A stretch of DNA of 64,000 nucleotides from Eledone cirrhosa (taxonomy: Eukaryota). Position 1 is the stretch's first letter, and each line of letters starts with the position of its first letter. The notes beneath the pieces were generated by a model that was not told the DNA's origin, searched no databases, and worked only from the letters and a program-made list of their open reading frames with translations. The translations under genes and the position numbers were made by a program. This document shows positions 13,401 through 24,860 of this stretch, piece by piece. The stretch is from positions 10,664,001 to 10,728,000 of the forward strand of contig OZ024745.1 of assembly GCA_964016885.1 (NCBI GenBank). The letters run 5' to 3'.

Positions 13401-13739
13401 GAGAGTGACACAGTTTGAAAGGAAGTTAATAGTTGAGTATCTGTTGTAGAGACTGACAGTTTGAAAGGAAGTTAATAGTTGAGTATCTGTTGTAGAGAGT
13501 GACACAGTTTGAAAGGAAGTTAATAATTGAGTATCTCTTGTAGAGAGTGATACAGTTTGAAAGGTAATATTTGAGTATCTATTGTAGAGAGTGATACACT
13601 TTGAAAGGATGTTAATAGTTTAGTATCTGTTGTAGAGAGTGACACAGTTTGAGAGAAGGGTAATAGTTGAGTATCTGTTATAGAGAGTGACACAGTTTGA
13701 AAGGAGGTTAATAGTTGAGTATCTGTTGTAGAGAGTGAC

Positions 13740-16700
13740 ACAGTTTGAAAGGAAGTTAATAGTTGAGTATCTATTGTAGAGAGTTACACAGTTTGAAAGG
13801 AGGTTAATAGTTGAGTATCTGTTGTAGAGAGTGATACAGTTTGAAACGAAGGTAATATTTGAGTATCTGTTGTAGAGAGTGAAACAGTTTGAAAGGAAGG
13901 TAATACTTGAGTATCTATTGTAGAGAGTGATACAGTTTGAAAGGAAGTTAATAGTTGAGTATCTATTGTAGAGAGTGACACAGTCTGAAAGCAAGGTAAT
14001 AGTTGAGTATCTGTTGTAGAGAGTGACACAGTTTGAAAGGAAGGTAATAGTTGAGTATCTATTGTAGAGAGTGATACAGTTTGAAAGGAAGGTAATAGTT
14101 GAGTATCTGTTGTAGAGAGTGACACAGTTTGAAAGGAGGTTAATAGTTGAGTATCTGTTGTAGAGAGTGACACAGTTTCAAAGGAAGTTAATAGTTGAGT
14201 ATCTGTTGTAGAGAGTGACAGTTTGAAAGGAAGTTAATAGTTGAGTATCTGTTGTAGAGAGAGACAGTTTGAAAGGAAGTTAATAGTTGAGTATCTGTTG
14301 TAGAGAGCGACACAATTTGAAAGGAAGTTAATAGTTGAGTATCTGTTGTAGAGAGTGACACAGTTTGAAAGGAAGGTATTAGTTGAGTATCTGTTGTAGA
14401 GAGTGACACAGTTTGAAAGGAAGTTAATAGTTGAGTATCTGTTGTAGAGAGTGACACAGTTTGAAAGGAAGGTAATAGTGAGTATCTATAGTAGAGAGTG
14501 ACAGTTTGAAAGGAAGTTAATAGTTGAGTATCTATTGTAGAGAGTGACACAATTTGAAAGGAAGTTAATAGTGGAGTATCTGTTGTAGAGAGTGGCAGTT
14601 TGAAAGCAAGGTAATAGTTGACTATCTATTGTAGAGAGTGATACAGTTTGAAAGGAAGTTAATAGTTGAGTATCCGTTGTAGAGAGTGACACAGTTTGAA
14701 AGGAAGGTAATAGTTGAGTATCTGTTGTAGAGAGTGACAGTTTGAAAGGAAGGTAATAGTTGAGTATCTGTTGTAGAGAGTTACACAGTTTGAAAGGAAG
14801 GTAATAGTTGAGTATCTGTTGTAGAGAGTGATACAGTTTGAAAGGAAGGTAATAGTTGAGTATCTGTTGTAGAGAGTGATACAGTTTGAAAGGAAGGTAA
14901 TAGTTGAGTATCTGTTGTAGAGAGTGACACAGTTTGAAAGGAAGGTAATAGTTGAGTATCTATTGTAGAGAGTAAAACAGTTTGAAAGGAAGTTAATAGT
15001 GGAGTATCTGTTGTAGAGAGTGGCAGTTTGAAAGAAAGGTAATAGTTGACTATCTATTGCAGAGAGTGATACAGTTTGAAAGGAAGTTAATAGTTGAGTA
15101 TCTTTTGTAGAGAGTGACACAGTTTGAAAGGAAGGTAATAATTGAGTATCTGTTGTAGAGAGTGATACAGTTTGAAAGGAAGGTAATAGTTGAGTATCTG
15201 TTGTAGAGAGTGACACAGTTTGAAAGGAAGGTAATAGTTGAGTATCTGTTGTAGAGAGTGACACAATTTGAAAGGAAGGTAATACTTGAGTATCTGTCGT
15301 AGCGAGTGTCACAGTTTGAAAGGAGGTTAATAGTTGAGTATCTGTTGTACAGAGTTACACAGTTTGAAAGGAAGTTAATTGTTGAGTATCTGTTGTAGAG
15401 AGTGATACAGTTTGAAAGGAAGGTAATAGATGAGTATGTGTTGTAGAGTGACACAGTTCTAAAAGAGATTAATAGTTGAGTATCTGTTGTAGAGAATGAA
15501 ACAGTTTGAAAGGAAGGTAATAGTTGAGTATCTGTTATAGAGAGTGACACAGTTTGAGAGAAGGGTAATAGCTGAGTATCTGTTGTAGAGAGTGACACAG
15601 TTTGAAAGGAAGTTAATAGTTGAGTATCTATTGTAGAGAGTTACACAGTTTGAAAGGAGGTTAATAGTTGAGTATCTGTTGTAGAGAGTGATACAGTTTG
15701 AAACGAAGGTAATATTTGAGTATCTGTTGTAGAGAGTGAAACAGTTTGAAAGGAAGGTAATACTTGAGTATCTATTGTAGAGAGTGATACAGTTTGAAAG
15801 GAAGTTAATAGTTGAGTATCTATTGTAGAGAGTGACACAGTTTGAAAACAAGGTAATAGTTGAGTATCTGTTGTAGAGAGTGACACAGTTTGAAAGGAAG
15901 GTAATAGTTGAGTATCTATTGTAGAGAGTGATACAGTTTGAAAGGAAGGTAATAGTTGAGTATCTGTTGTAGAGAGTGACACAGTTTGAAAGGAGGTTAA
16001 TAGTTGAGTATCTGTTGTAGAGAGTGACACAGTTTCAAAGGAAGTTAATAGTTGAGTATCTGTTGTAGAGAGTGACAGTTTGAAAGGAAGTTAATAGTTG
16101 AGTATCTGTTGTAGAGAGAGACAGTTTGAAAGGAAGTTAATAGTTGAGTATCTGTTGTAGAGAGCGACACAATTTGAAAGGAAGTTAATAGTTGAGTATC
16201 TGTTGTAGAGAGTGACACAGTTTGAAAGGAAGGTATTAGTTGAGTATCTGTTGTAGAGAGTGACACAGTTTGAAAGGAAGTTAATAGTTGAGTATCTGTT
16301 GTAGAGAGTGACACAGTTTGAAAGGAAGGTAATAGTGAGTATCTATAGTAGAGAGTGACAGTTTGAAAGGAAGTTAATAGTTGAGTATCTATTGTAGAGA
16401 GTGACACAATTTGAAAGGAAGTTAATAGTGGAGTATCTGTTGTAGAGAGTGGCAGTTTGAAAGCAAGGTAATAGTTGACTATCTATTGTAGAGAGTGATA
16501 CAGTTTGAAAGGAAGTTAATAGTTGAGTATCCGTTGTAGAGAGTGACACAGTTTGAAAGGAAGGTAATAGTTGAGTATCTGTTGTAGAGAGTGACAGTTT
16601 GAAAGGAAGGTAATAGTTGAGTATCTGTTGTAGAGAGTTACACAGTTTGAAAGGAAGGTAATAGTTGAGTATCTGTTGTAGAGAGTGATACAGTTTGAAA

Positions 16701-18450
16701 GGAAGGTAATAGTTGAGTATCTGTTGTAGAGAGTGATACAGTTTGAAAGGAAGGTAATAGTTGAGTATCTGTTGTAGAGAGTGACACAGTTTGAAAGGAA
16801 GGTAATAGTTGAGTATCTATTGTAGAGAGTAAAACAGTTTGAAAGGAAGTTAATAGTGGAGTATCTGTTGTAGAGAGTGGCAGTTTGAAAGAAAGGTAAT
16901 AGTTGACTATCTATTGCAGAGAGTGATACAGTTTGAAAGGAAGTTAATAGTTGAGTATCTTTTGTAGAGAGTGACACAGTTTGAAAGGAAGGTAATAATT
17001 GAGTATCTGTTGTAGAGAGTGATACAGTTTGAAAGGAAGGTAATAGTTGAGTATCTGTTGTAGAGAGTGACACAGTTTGAAAGGAAGGTAATAGTTGAGT
17101 ATCTGTTGTAGAGAGTGACACAATTTGAAAGGAAGGTAATACTTGAGTATCTGTCGTAGCGAGTGTCACAGTTTGAAAGGAGGTTAATAGTTGAGTATCT
17201 GTTGTACAGAGTTACACAGTTTGAAAGGAAGTTAATTGTTGAGTATCTGTTGTAGAGAGTGATACAGTTTGAAAGGAAGGTAATAGATGAGTATGTGTTG
17301 TAGAGTGACACAGTTCTAAAAGAGATTAATAGTTGAGTATCTGTTGTAGAGAATGAAACAGTTTGAAAGGAAGGTAATAGTTGAGTATCTGTTATAGAGA
17401 GTGACACAGTTTGAGAGAAGGGTAATAGCTGAGTATCTGTTGTAGAGAGTGACACAGTTTGAAAGGAAGTTAATAGTTGAGTATCTATTGTAGAGAGTTA
17501 CACAGTTTGAAAGGAGGTTAATAGTTGAGTATCTGTTGTAGAGAGTGATACAGTTTGAAACGAAGGTAATATTTGAGTATCTGTTGTAGAGAGTGAAACA
17601 GTTTGAAAGGAAGGTAATACTTGAGTATCTATTGTAGAGAGTGATACAGTTTGAAAGGAAGTTAATAGTTGAGTATCTATTGTAGAGAGTGACACAGTTT
17701 GAAAACAAGGTAATAGTTGAGTATCTGTTGTAGAGAGTGACACAGTTTGAAAGGAAGGTAATAGTTGAGTATCTATTGTAGAGAGTGATACAGTTTGAAA
17801 GGAAGGTAATAGTTGAGTATCTGTTGTAGAGAGTGACACAGTTTGAAAGGAGGTTAATAGTTGAGTATCTGTTGTAGAGAGTGACACAGTTTCAAAGGAA
17901 GTTAATAGTTGAGTATCTGTTGTAGAGAGTGACAGTTTGAAAGGAAGTTAATAGTTGAGTATCTGTTGTAGAGAGAGACAGTTTGAAAGGAAGTTAATAG
18001 TTGAGTATCTGTTGTAGAGAGCGACACAATTTGAAAGGAAGTTAATAGTTGAGTATCTGTTGTAGAGAGTGACACAGTTTGAAAGGAAGGTATTAGTTGA
18101 GTATCTGTTGTAGAGAGTGACACAGTTTGAAAGGAAGTTAATAGTAGAATATCTGTTGTAGAGAGTGACACAGTTTGAAAGGAAGGTAATAGTTGAGTAT
18201 CTATAGTAGAGAGTGACAGTTTGAAAGGAAGTTAATAGTTGAGTATCTATTGTAGAGAGTGACACAATTTGAAAGGAAGTTAATAGTGGAGTATCTGTTG
18301 TAGAGAGTGGCAGTTTGAAAGAAAGGTAATAGTTGACTATCTATTGTAGAGAGTGATACAGTTTGAAAGGAACTTAATAGTTGAGTATCCGTTGTAGAGA
18401 GTGACACAGTTTGAAAGGAAGGTAATAGTTGAGTATCTGTTGTAGAGAGT
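13740..18450 (+). repeat. 1857-bp HOR (39 monomers minus 15 bp), about 2.5 tandem copies, with a more diverged relative at ~19320-20600
   Basis: Anchors 13784/15641/17498, 14188/16045/17902, 14659/16516 (offset 1857). Seven 2-bp deletions and one 1-bp deletion counted between 14188 and 16045 give 39x48-15 = 1857. Related block at 19360 (offset 1862). Confidence 0.9.
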
Positions 18451-21400
18451 GATACAGTTTGAAAGGAAGGTAATAGTTGAGTATATGTTGTAGAGAGTGA
18501 TACAGTTTGAAAGGAAGGTAATAGTTGAGTATCTGTTGTAGAGAGTGACACAGTTTGAAAGGAAGGTAATAGTTGAGTATCTATTGTAGAGAGTGACACA
18601 GTTTGAAAGGAAGTTAATAGTTGAGTATCTGTTGTAGAGAGTGATGCAGTTTGAAAGGAAGGTAATAGTTGACTATCTATTGTAGAGAGTGATACAGTTT
18701 GAAAGGAACTTAATAGTTGAGTATCTGTTGTAGAGAGTGACACAGTTTGAAAGGAAGGTAATAGTTGAGTATATGTTGTAGAGATTGATACAGTTTGAAA
18801 GGAAGGTAATAGTTGAGTATATGTTGTAGAGAGTGATACAGTTTGAAAGGAAGGTAATAGTTGAGTATCTGTTGTAGAGAGTGACACAGTTTGAAAGGAA
18901 GGTAATAGTTGAGTATCTATTGTAGAGAGTGACACAGTTTGAAAGGAAGTTAATAGTGGTGTATCTGTTGTAGAGAGTGGCAGTTTGAAAGAAAGGTAAT
19001 AGTTGACTATCTATTGTAGAGAGTGACACAGTCTGAAAGGAAGGTAATAGTTGAGTATCTGTTGTAGAGAGTGACACAGTTTGAAAGAAGGGTAATATTT
19101 GAGTATCTGTTATAGAGAGTGACACAGTTTGAAAGGAAGTTAATAGTTGAGTATCTGTTGTAGAGAGTGACACAGTTTGAAAGGAAGGTAATACTTGAGT
19201 ATCTGTTGTAGAGAGTGATACAGTTTGAAAGGAAGGTAATAGTTGAGTATCTGTTATAGAGAGTGACACAGTTTGAGAGAAGGGTAATAGTAGAGTATCT
19301 GTTGTAGAGAGTGACACAGTTTGAAAGGATGTTAATAGTTGAGTATCTATTGTAGAGAGTTACACAGTTTGAAAGGAGGTTAATAGTTGAGTATCTGTTG
19401 TAGAGAGTGATACAGTTTGAAACGAAGGTAATATTTGAGTATCTGTTGTAGAGAGTGAAACAGTTTGAAAGGAAGGTAATACTTGAGTATCTATTGTAGA
19501 GAGTGATACAGTTTGAAAGGAAGTTAATAGCTGAGTATCTATTGTAGAGAGTGACACAGTTTGAAAACAAGGTAATAGTTGAGTATCTGTTGTAGAGAGT
19601 GACACAGTTTGAAAGGAAGGTAATAGTTGAGTATCTATTGTAGAGAGTGATACAGTTTGAAAGGAAGGTAATAGTTGAGTATCTGTTGTAGAGAGTGACA
19701 CAGTTTGAAAGGGGGATAATAGTTGAGTATCTGTTGTAGAGAGTGACACAGTTTCAAAGGAAGTTAATAGTTGAGTATCTGTTGTAGAGAGTGACAGTTT
19801 GAAAGGAAGTTAATAGTTGAGTATCTGTTGTAGAGAGCGACACAATTTGAAAGGAAGTTAATAGTTGAGTATCTGTTGTAGAGAGTGACACAGTTTGAAA
19901 GGAAGGTATTAGTTGAGTATCTGTTGTAGAGAGTGACACAGTTTGAAAGGAAGTTAATAGTTGAGTATCTGTTGTAGAGAGTGACACAGTTTGAAAGGAA
20001 AGTAATAGTTGAGTATCTATAGTAGAGAGTGACAGTTTGAAAGGTAGTTAATAGTTGAGTATCTATTGTAGAGAGTGACACAATTTGAAAGGAAGTTAAT
20101 AGTGGAGTATCTGTTGTAGAGAGTGGCAGTTTGAAAGAAAGGTAATAGTTGACTATCTATTGTAGAGAGTGATACAGTTTGAAAGGAAGTTAATAGTTGA
20201 GTATCCGTTGTAGAGAGTGACACAGTTTGAAAGGAAGGTAATAGTTGAGTATCTGTTGTAGAGAGTGATGCAGTTTGAAAGGAAGGTAATAGTTGAGTAT
20301 CTGTTGTAGAGAGTGATACAGTTTGAAAGGAAGGTAATAGTTGAGTATATGTTGTAGAGAGTGATACAGTTTGAAAGGAAGGTAATAGTTGAGTATCTGT
20401 TGTAGAGAGTGACACAGTTTGAAAGGAAGGTAATAGTTGAGTATCTATTGTAGAGAGTGACAGTTTGAAAGGAAGTTAATAGTGGTGTATCTGTTGTAGA
20501 GAGTGGCAGTTTGAAAGAAAGGTAATAGTTGACTATCTATTGTAGAGAGTGATACAGTTTGAAAGGAAGTTAATAGTTGAGTATCTTTTGTAGAGAGTGA
20601 CACAGTTTGAAAGGAAGGTAATAATTGAGTATCTGTTGTAGAGAGTGACAGTTTGAAAGGAAGGTAATAGTTGAGTATCTGTTGTAGAGAGTTACACAGT
20701 TTGAAAGGAAGGTAATAGTTGAGTATCTGTTGTAGAGAGTGATGCAGCTTGAAAGGAAGGTAATAGTTGAGTATCTGTTGTAGAGAGTGATACAGTTTGA
20801 AAGGAAGGTAATAGTTGAGTATCTGTTGTAGAGAGTGATACAGTTTGAGAGAAGGGTAATAGTAGAGTATCTGTTGTAGAGAGTGACACAGTTAGGAAGG
20901 GAGGTAATAGTTGAGTATCTGTTGTAGAGAGTGATACAGTTTGAAAGGAAGGTAATAGTTGAGTATTTGTTGTAGAGAGTGATACAGTTTGAAAGGAAGT
21001 TAATTGTTGAGTATCTATTGTAGAGAGTGACACAGTTTGAAAGAAGGATAATAGTTGAGTATCTGTTGTAGAGAGTGACAGAGTTTGAAAGGAGGATAAT
21101 TGTTGAGTATCTATTGTAGAGAGTGACACAGATTGAAAGGAAGTTAATAGTTGAGTATCTGTTGTAGAGAGTGATACAGTTTGAAAGGAGGATAATAGTT
21201 GAGTATCTAGTGTAGAGAGTGATACAATTTGAAAGGAAGTTAATAGTTGAGTATCTGTTGTAGAGACTGACACAGTTTGAAAGGAAGTTAATAGTTGAGT
21301 ATCTATCGTAGAGAGTGATACAGTTTGAAAGGAAGTTAATAGTTCAGTATCTATTGTAGAGAGTGATACAGTTTGAAAGGAGGATAATAGTTGAGTATCT

Positions 21401-21849
21401 GTTGTAGAGACTGACACAGTTTGAAAGGAGGATAATAGTTGAGTATCTACAGTAGAGAGTGACACAGTTTGAAAGGAGGATAATAGTTGAGTATCTATTG
21501 TAGAGAGTGATACAATTTGAAAGGAAGTTAATAGTTGAGTATCTGTTGTAGAGAGTGACACAGTTTTAAAGGAAGTTAATAGTTGAGTATCTGTTGTAGA
21601 GAGTGACACAGTTTGAAAGGAAGTTAATAGTTGAGTATCTGTTGTAGAGACTGACACAGTTTGAAAGGAAGTTAATAGTTGAGTATCTGTTGTAGAGACT
21701 GACAGTTTGAAAGGAAGTTAATAGTTGAGTATCTGTTGTAGAGAGTGACACAGTTTGAAAGGAAGTTAATAGTTGAGTATCTGTTGTAGAGAGTGACACA
21801 GTTTGAAAGGAAGTTAATAGTTGAGTATCTGTTGTAGAGACTGACAGTT

Positions 21850-24400
21850 TGAAAGGAAGTTAATAGTTGAGTATCTGTTGTAGAGAGTGACACAGTTTGA
21901 AAGGAAATTAATAATTGAGTATCTATTGTAGAGAGTGATACAGTTTGAAAGGAAGGTAATAGTTGAGTATCTGTTGTAGAGAGTGATACAGTTTGAAAGG
22001 AAGTTAATAGTTGAGTATCTATTGTAGAGAGTGAGACAGTTTGAAAGGAAGTTAATAGTTGAGTATCTATTGTAGAGACTGACACAGTTTGAAAGGAAGT
22101 TAATAGTTGAGTATCTATTGTAGAGACTGACACAGTTTGAAAGGAAGTTAATAGTTGAGTATCTATTGTAGAGACTGACACAGTTTGAAAGGAAGTTAAT
22201 AGTTGAGTATCTGTTGTAGAGAGTGACACAGTTTGAAAGGAAGTTAATAGTTGAGTATCTGTTGTAGAGAGTGACACAGTTTGAAAGGGGGTTAATAGTT
22301 GAGTATCTGTTGTAGAGAGGGACACAGTTTGAAAGGAGGTTAATAGTTGAGTATCTGTTGTAGAGACTGACACAGTTTGAAAGGAAGTTAATAGTTGAGT
22401 ATCTGTTGTAGAGAGTGATACAGTTTGAAAGGAAGTTAATAGTTGAGTATCTATTGTAGAGACTGACACAGTTTGAAAGGAAGTTAATAGTTGAGTATCT
22501 ATTGTAGAGACTGACACAGTTTGAAAGGAAGTTAATAGTTGAGTATCTATTGTAGAGAGTGACACAGTTTGAAAGGAAGTTAATAGTTGAGTATCTGTTG
22601 TAGAGAGTGACACAGTTTGAAAGGAAGTTAATAGTTGAGTATCTGTTGTAGAGAGGGACACAGTTTGAAAGGAGGTTAATAGTTGAGTATCTGTTGTAGA
22701 GACTGACACAGTTTGAAAGGAAGTTAATAGTTGAGTATCTATTGTAGAGACTGACACAGTTTGAAAGGAAGTTAATAGTTGAGTATCTGTTGTAGAGAGT
22801 GACACAGTTTGAAAGGAAGTTAATAGTTGAGTATCTGTTGTAGAGAGGGACACAGTTTGAAAGGAGGTTAATAGTTGAGTATCTGTTGTAGAGAGTGACA
22901 CAGTTTGAAAGGAAGTTAATAGTTGAGTATCTATTGTAGAGACTGACACAGTTTGAAAGGAAGTTAATAGTTGAGTATCTGTTGTAGAGAGTGACACAGT
23001 TTGAAAGGAGGTTAATAGTTGAGTATCTGTTGTAGAGAGTGACACAGTTTGAAAGGAAGTTAATAGTTGAGTATCTATTGTAGAGACTGACACAGTTTGA
23101 AAGGAAGTTAATAGTTGAGTATCTGTTGTAGAGAGTGACACAGTTTGAAAGGAATTTAATAGTTGAGTATCTGTTGTAGAGAGGGACACAGTTTGAAAGG
23201 AGGTTAATAGTTGAGTATCTGTTGTAGAGAGTGACACAGTTTGAAAGGAAGTTAATAGTTGAGTATCTATTGTAGAGACTGACACAGTTTGAAAGGAAGT
23301 TAATAGTTGAGTATCTGTTGTAGAGAGTGACACAGTTTGAAAGGAATTTAATAGTTGAGTATCTGTTGTAGAGAGGGACACAGTTTGAAAGGAGGTTAAT
23401 AGTTGAGTATCTGTTGTAGAGAGTGACACAGTTTGAAAGGAAGTTAATAGTTGAGTATCTGTTGTAGAGAGTGACACAGTTTGAAAGGAAGTTAATAGTT
23501 GAGTATCTGTTGTAGAGAGGGACACAGTTTGAAAGGAGGATAATAGTTGAGTATCTATTGTAGAGAGTGACACAGTTTGAAAGGAAGTTAATAGTTGAGT
23601 ATCTGTTGTAGAGACTGACACAGTTTGAAAGGAGGATAATAGTTGAGTATCTGTTGTAGAGAGTGAGACAGTTTGAAAGGAAGGTAATAGTTGAGTATCT
23701 ATTGTAGAGAGTGACACAGTTTGAAACGAAGGTATTAGTTGAGTATCTGTTGTAGAGACTGACACAGTTTGAAAGGAGGATAATAGTTGAGTATCTATTG
23801 TAGAGAGTGACACAGTTTGAAAGGAAGTTAATAGTTGAGTATCTGTTGTAGAGAGTGATACAGTTTGAAAGGAAGTTAATAGTTGAGTATCTGTTGTAGA
23901 GACTGACACAGTTTGAAAGGAGGATAATAGTTGAGTATCTATTGTAGAGAGTGACAAAGTTTGAAAGGAGGATAATAGTTGAGTATCTATTGTAGAGAGT
24001 GACAAAGTTTGAAAGGAGGATAATAGTTGAGTATCTAGTGTAGAGAGTGACACAGTTTGAAAGGAAGTTAATAGTTGAGTATCTGTTGTAGAGAGTGATA
24101 CAGTTTGAAAGGAAGTTAATAGTTGAGTATCTGTTGTAGAGACTGACACAGTTTGAAAGGAGGATAATAGTTGAGTATCTATTGTAGAGAGTGACACAGT
24201 TTGAAAGGAAGTTAATAGTTGAGTATCTGTTGTAGAGAGTGATACAGTTTGAAAGGAAGTTAATAGTTGAGTATCTGTTGTAGAGACTGACACAGTTTGA
24301 AAGGAGGATAATAGTTGAGTATCTATTGTAGAGAGTGATACAGTTTGAAAGGAGGATAATAGTTGAGTGTCTAGTGTAGAGAGTGATACAATTTGAAAGG
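21850..24400 (+). repeat. Homogeneous near-consensus monomer block with short local HORs, single-copy in this window
   Basis: Almost exclusively GGAAGTTAAT monomers up to ~23500, with only GACT, GAGGG and GGAGGTT variants. GGAATTT marker at 23151/23343 (192 bp = 4 monomers). No indels. Confidence 0.8.
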
Positions 24401-24860
24401 AAGTTAATAGTTGAGTATCTGTTGTAGAGAGTGACACAGTTTGAAAGGAGGATAATAGTTGAGTATCTATTGTAGAGAGTGACAGAGTTTGAAAGGAGGA
24501 TAATTGTTGAGTATCTATTGTAGAGAGTGACACAGATTGAAAGGAAGTTAATAGTTGAGTATCTGTTGTAGAGAGTGATACAGTTTGAAAGGAGGATAAT
24601 AGTTGAGTATCTGTTGTAGAGAGTGACAGAGTTTGAAAGGAGGATAATTGTTGAGTATCTATTGTAGAGAGTGACACAGATTGAAAGGAAGTTAATAGTT
24701 GAGTATCTGTTGTAGAGAGTGATACAGTTTGAAAGGAGGATAATAGTTGAGTATCTATTGTAGAGAGTGACAGAGTTTGAAAGGAGGATAATTGTTGAGT
24801 ATCTATTGTAGAGAGTGACACAGTTTGAAAGGAAGTTAATAGTTGAGTATCTGTTGTAGA

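Larger units (their letters stand above)
1..21047 (+). repeat. Copy 1 of a ~23-kb super-HOR (segmental duplication within the array)
   Basis: Variant order matches 24565-44330. ORF-track anchors: 4411/27535, 5869/28993, 9644/32768, 11102/34226 (offset 23124); 13520/38756 (25236); 18201/41484, 20017/43300, 20692/43975 (23283). Base 1 aligns with 24565. Confidence 0.93.

Noticed and set aside
12618-20415. Leucine-rich-repeat (BspA-like) or programmed-frameshift/phase-variation gene suggested by alternating frames
   Set aside because: The 16-aa period does not fit LRR consensus lengths. Frame switches are inherited slippage deletions copied within HORs.
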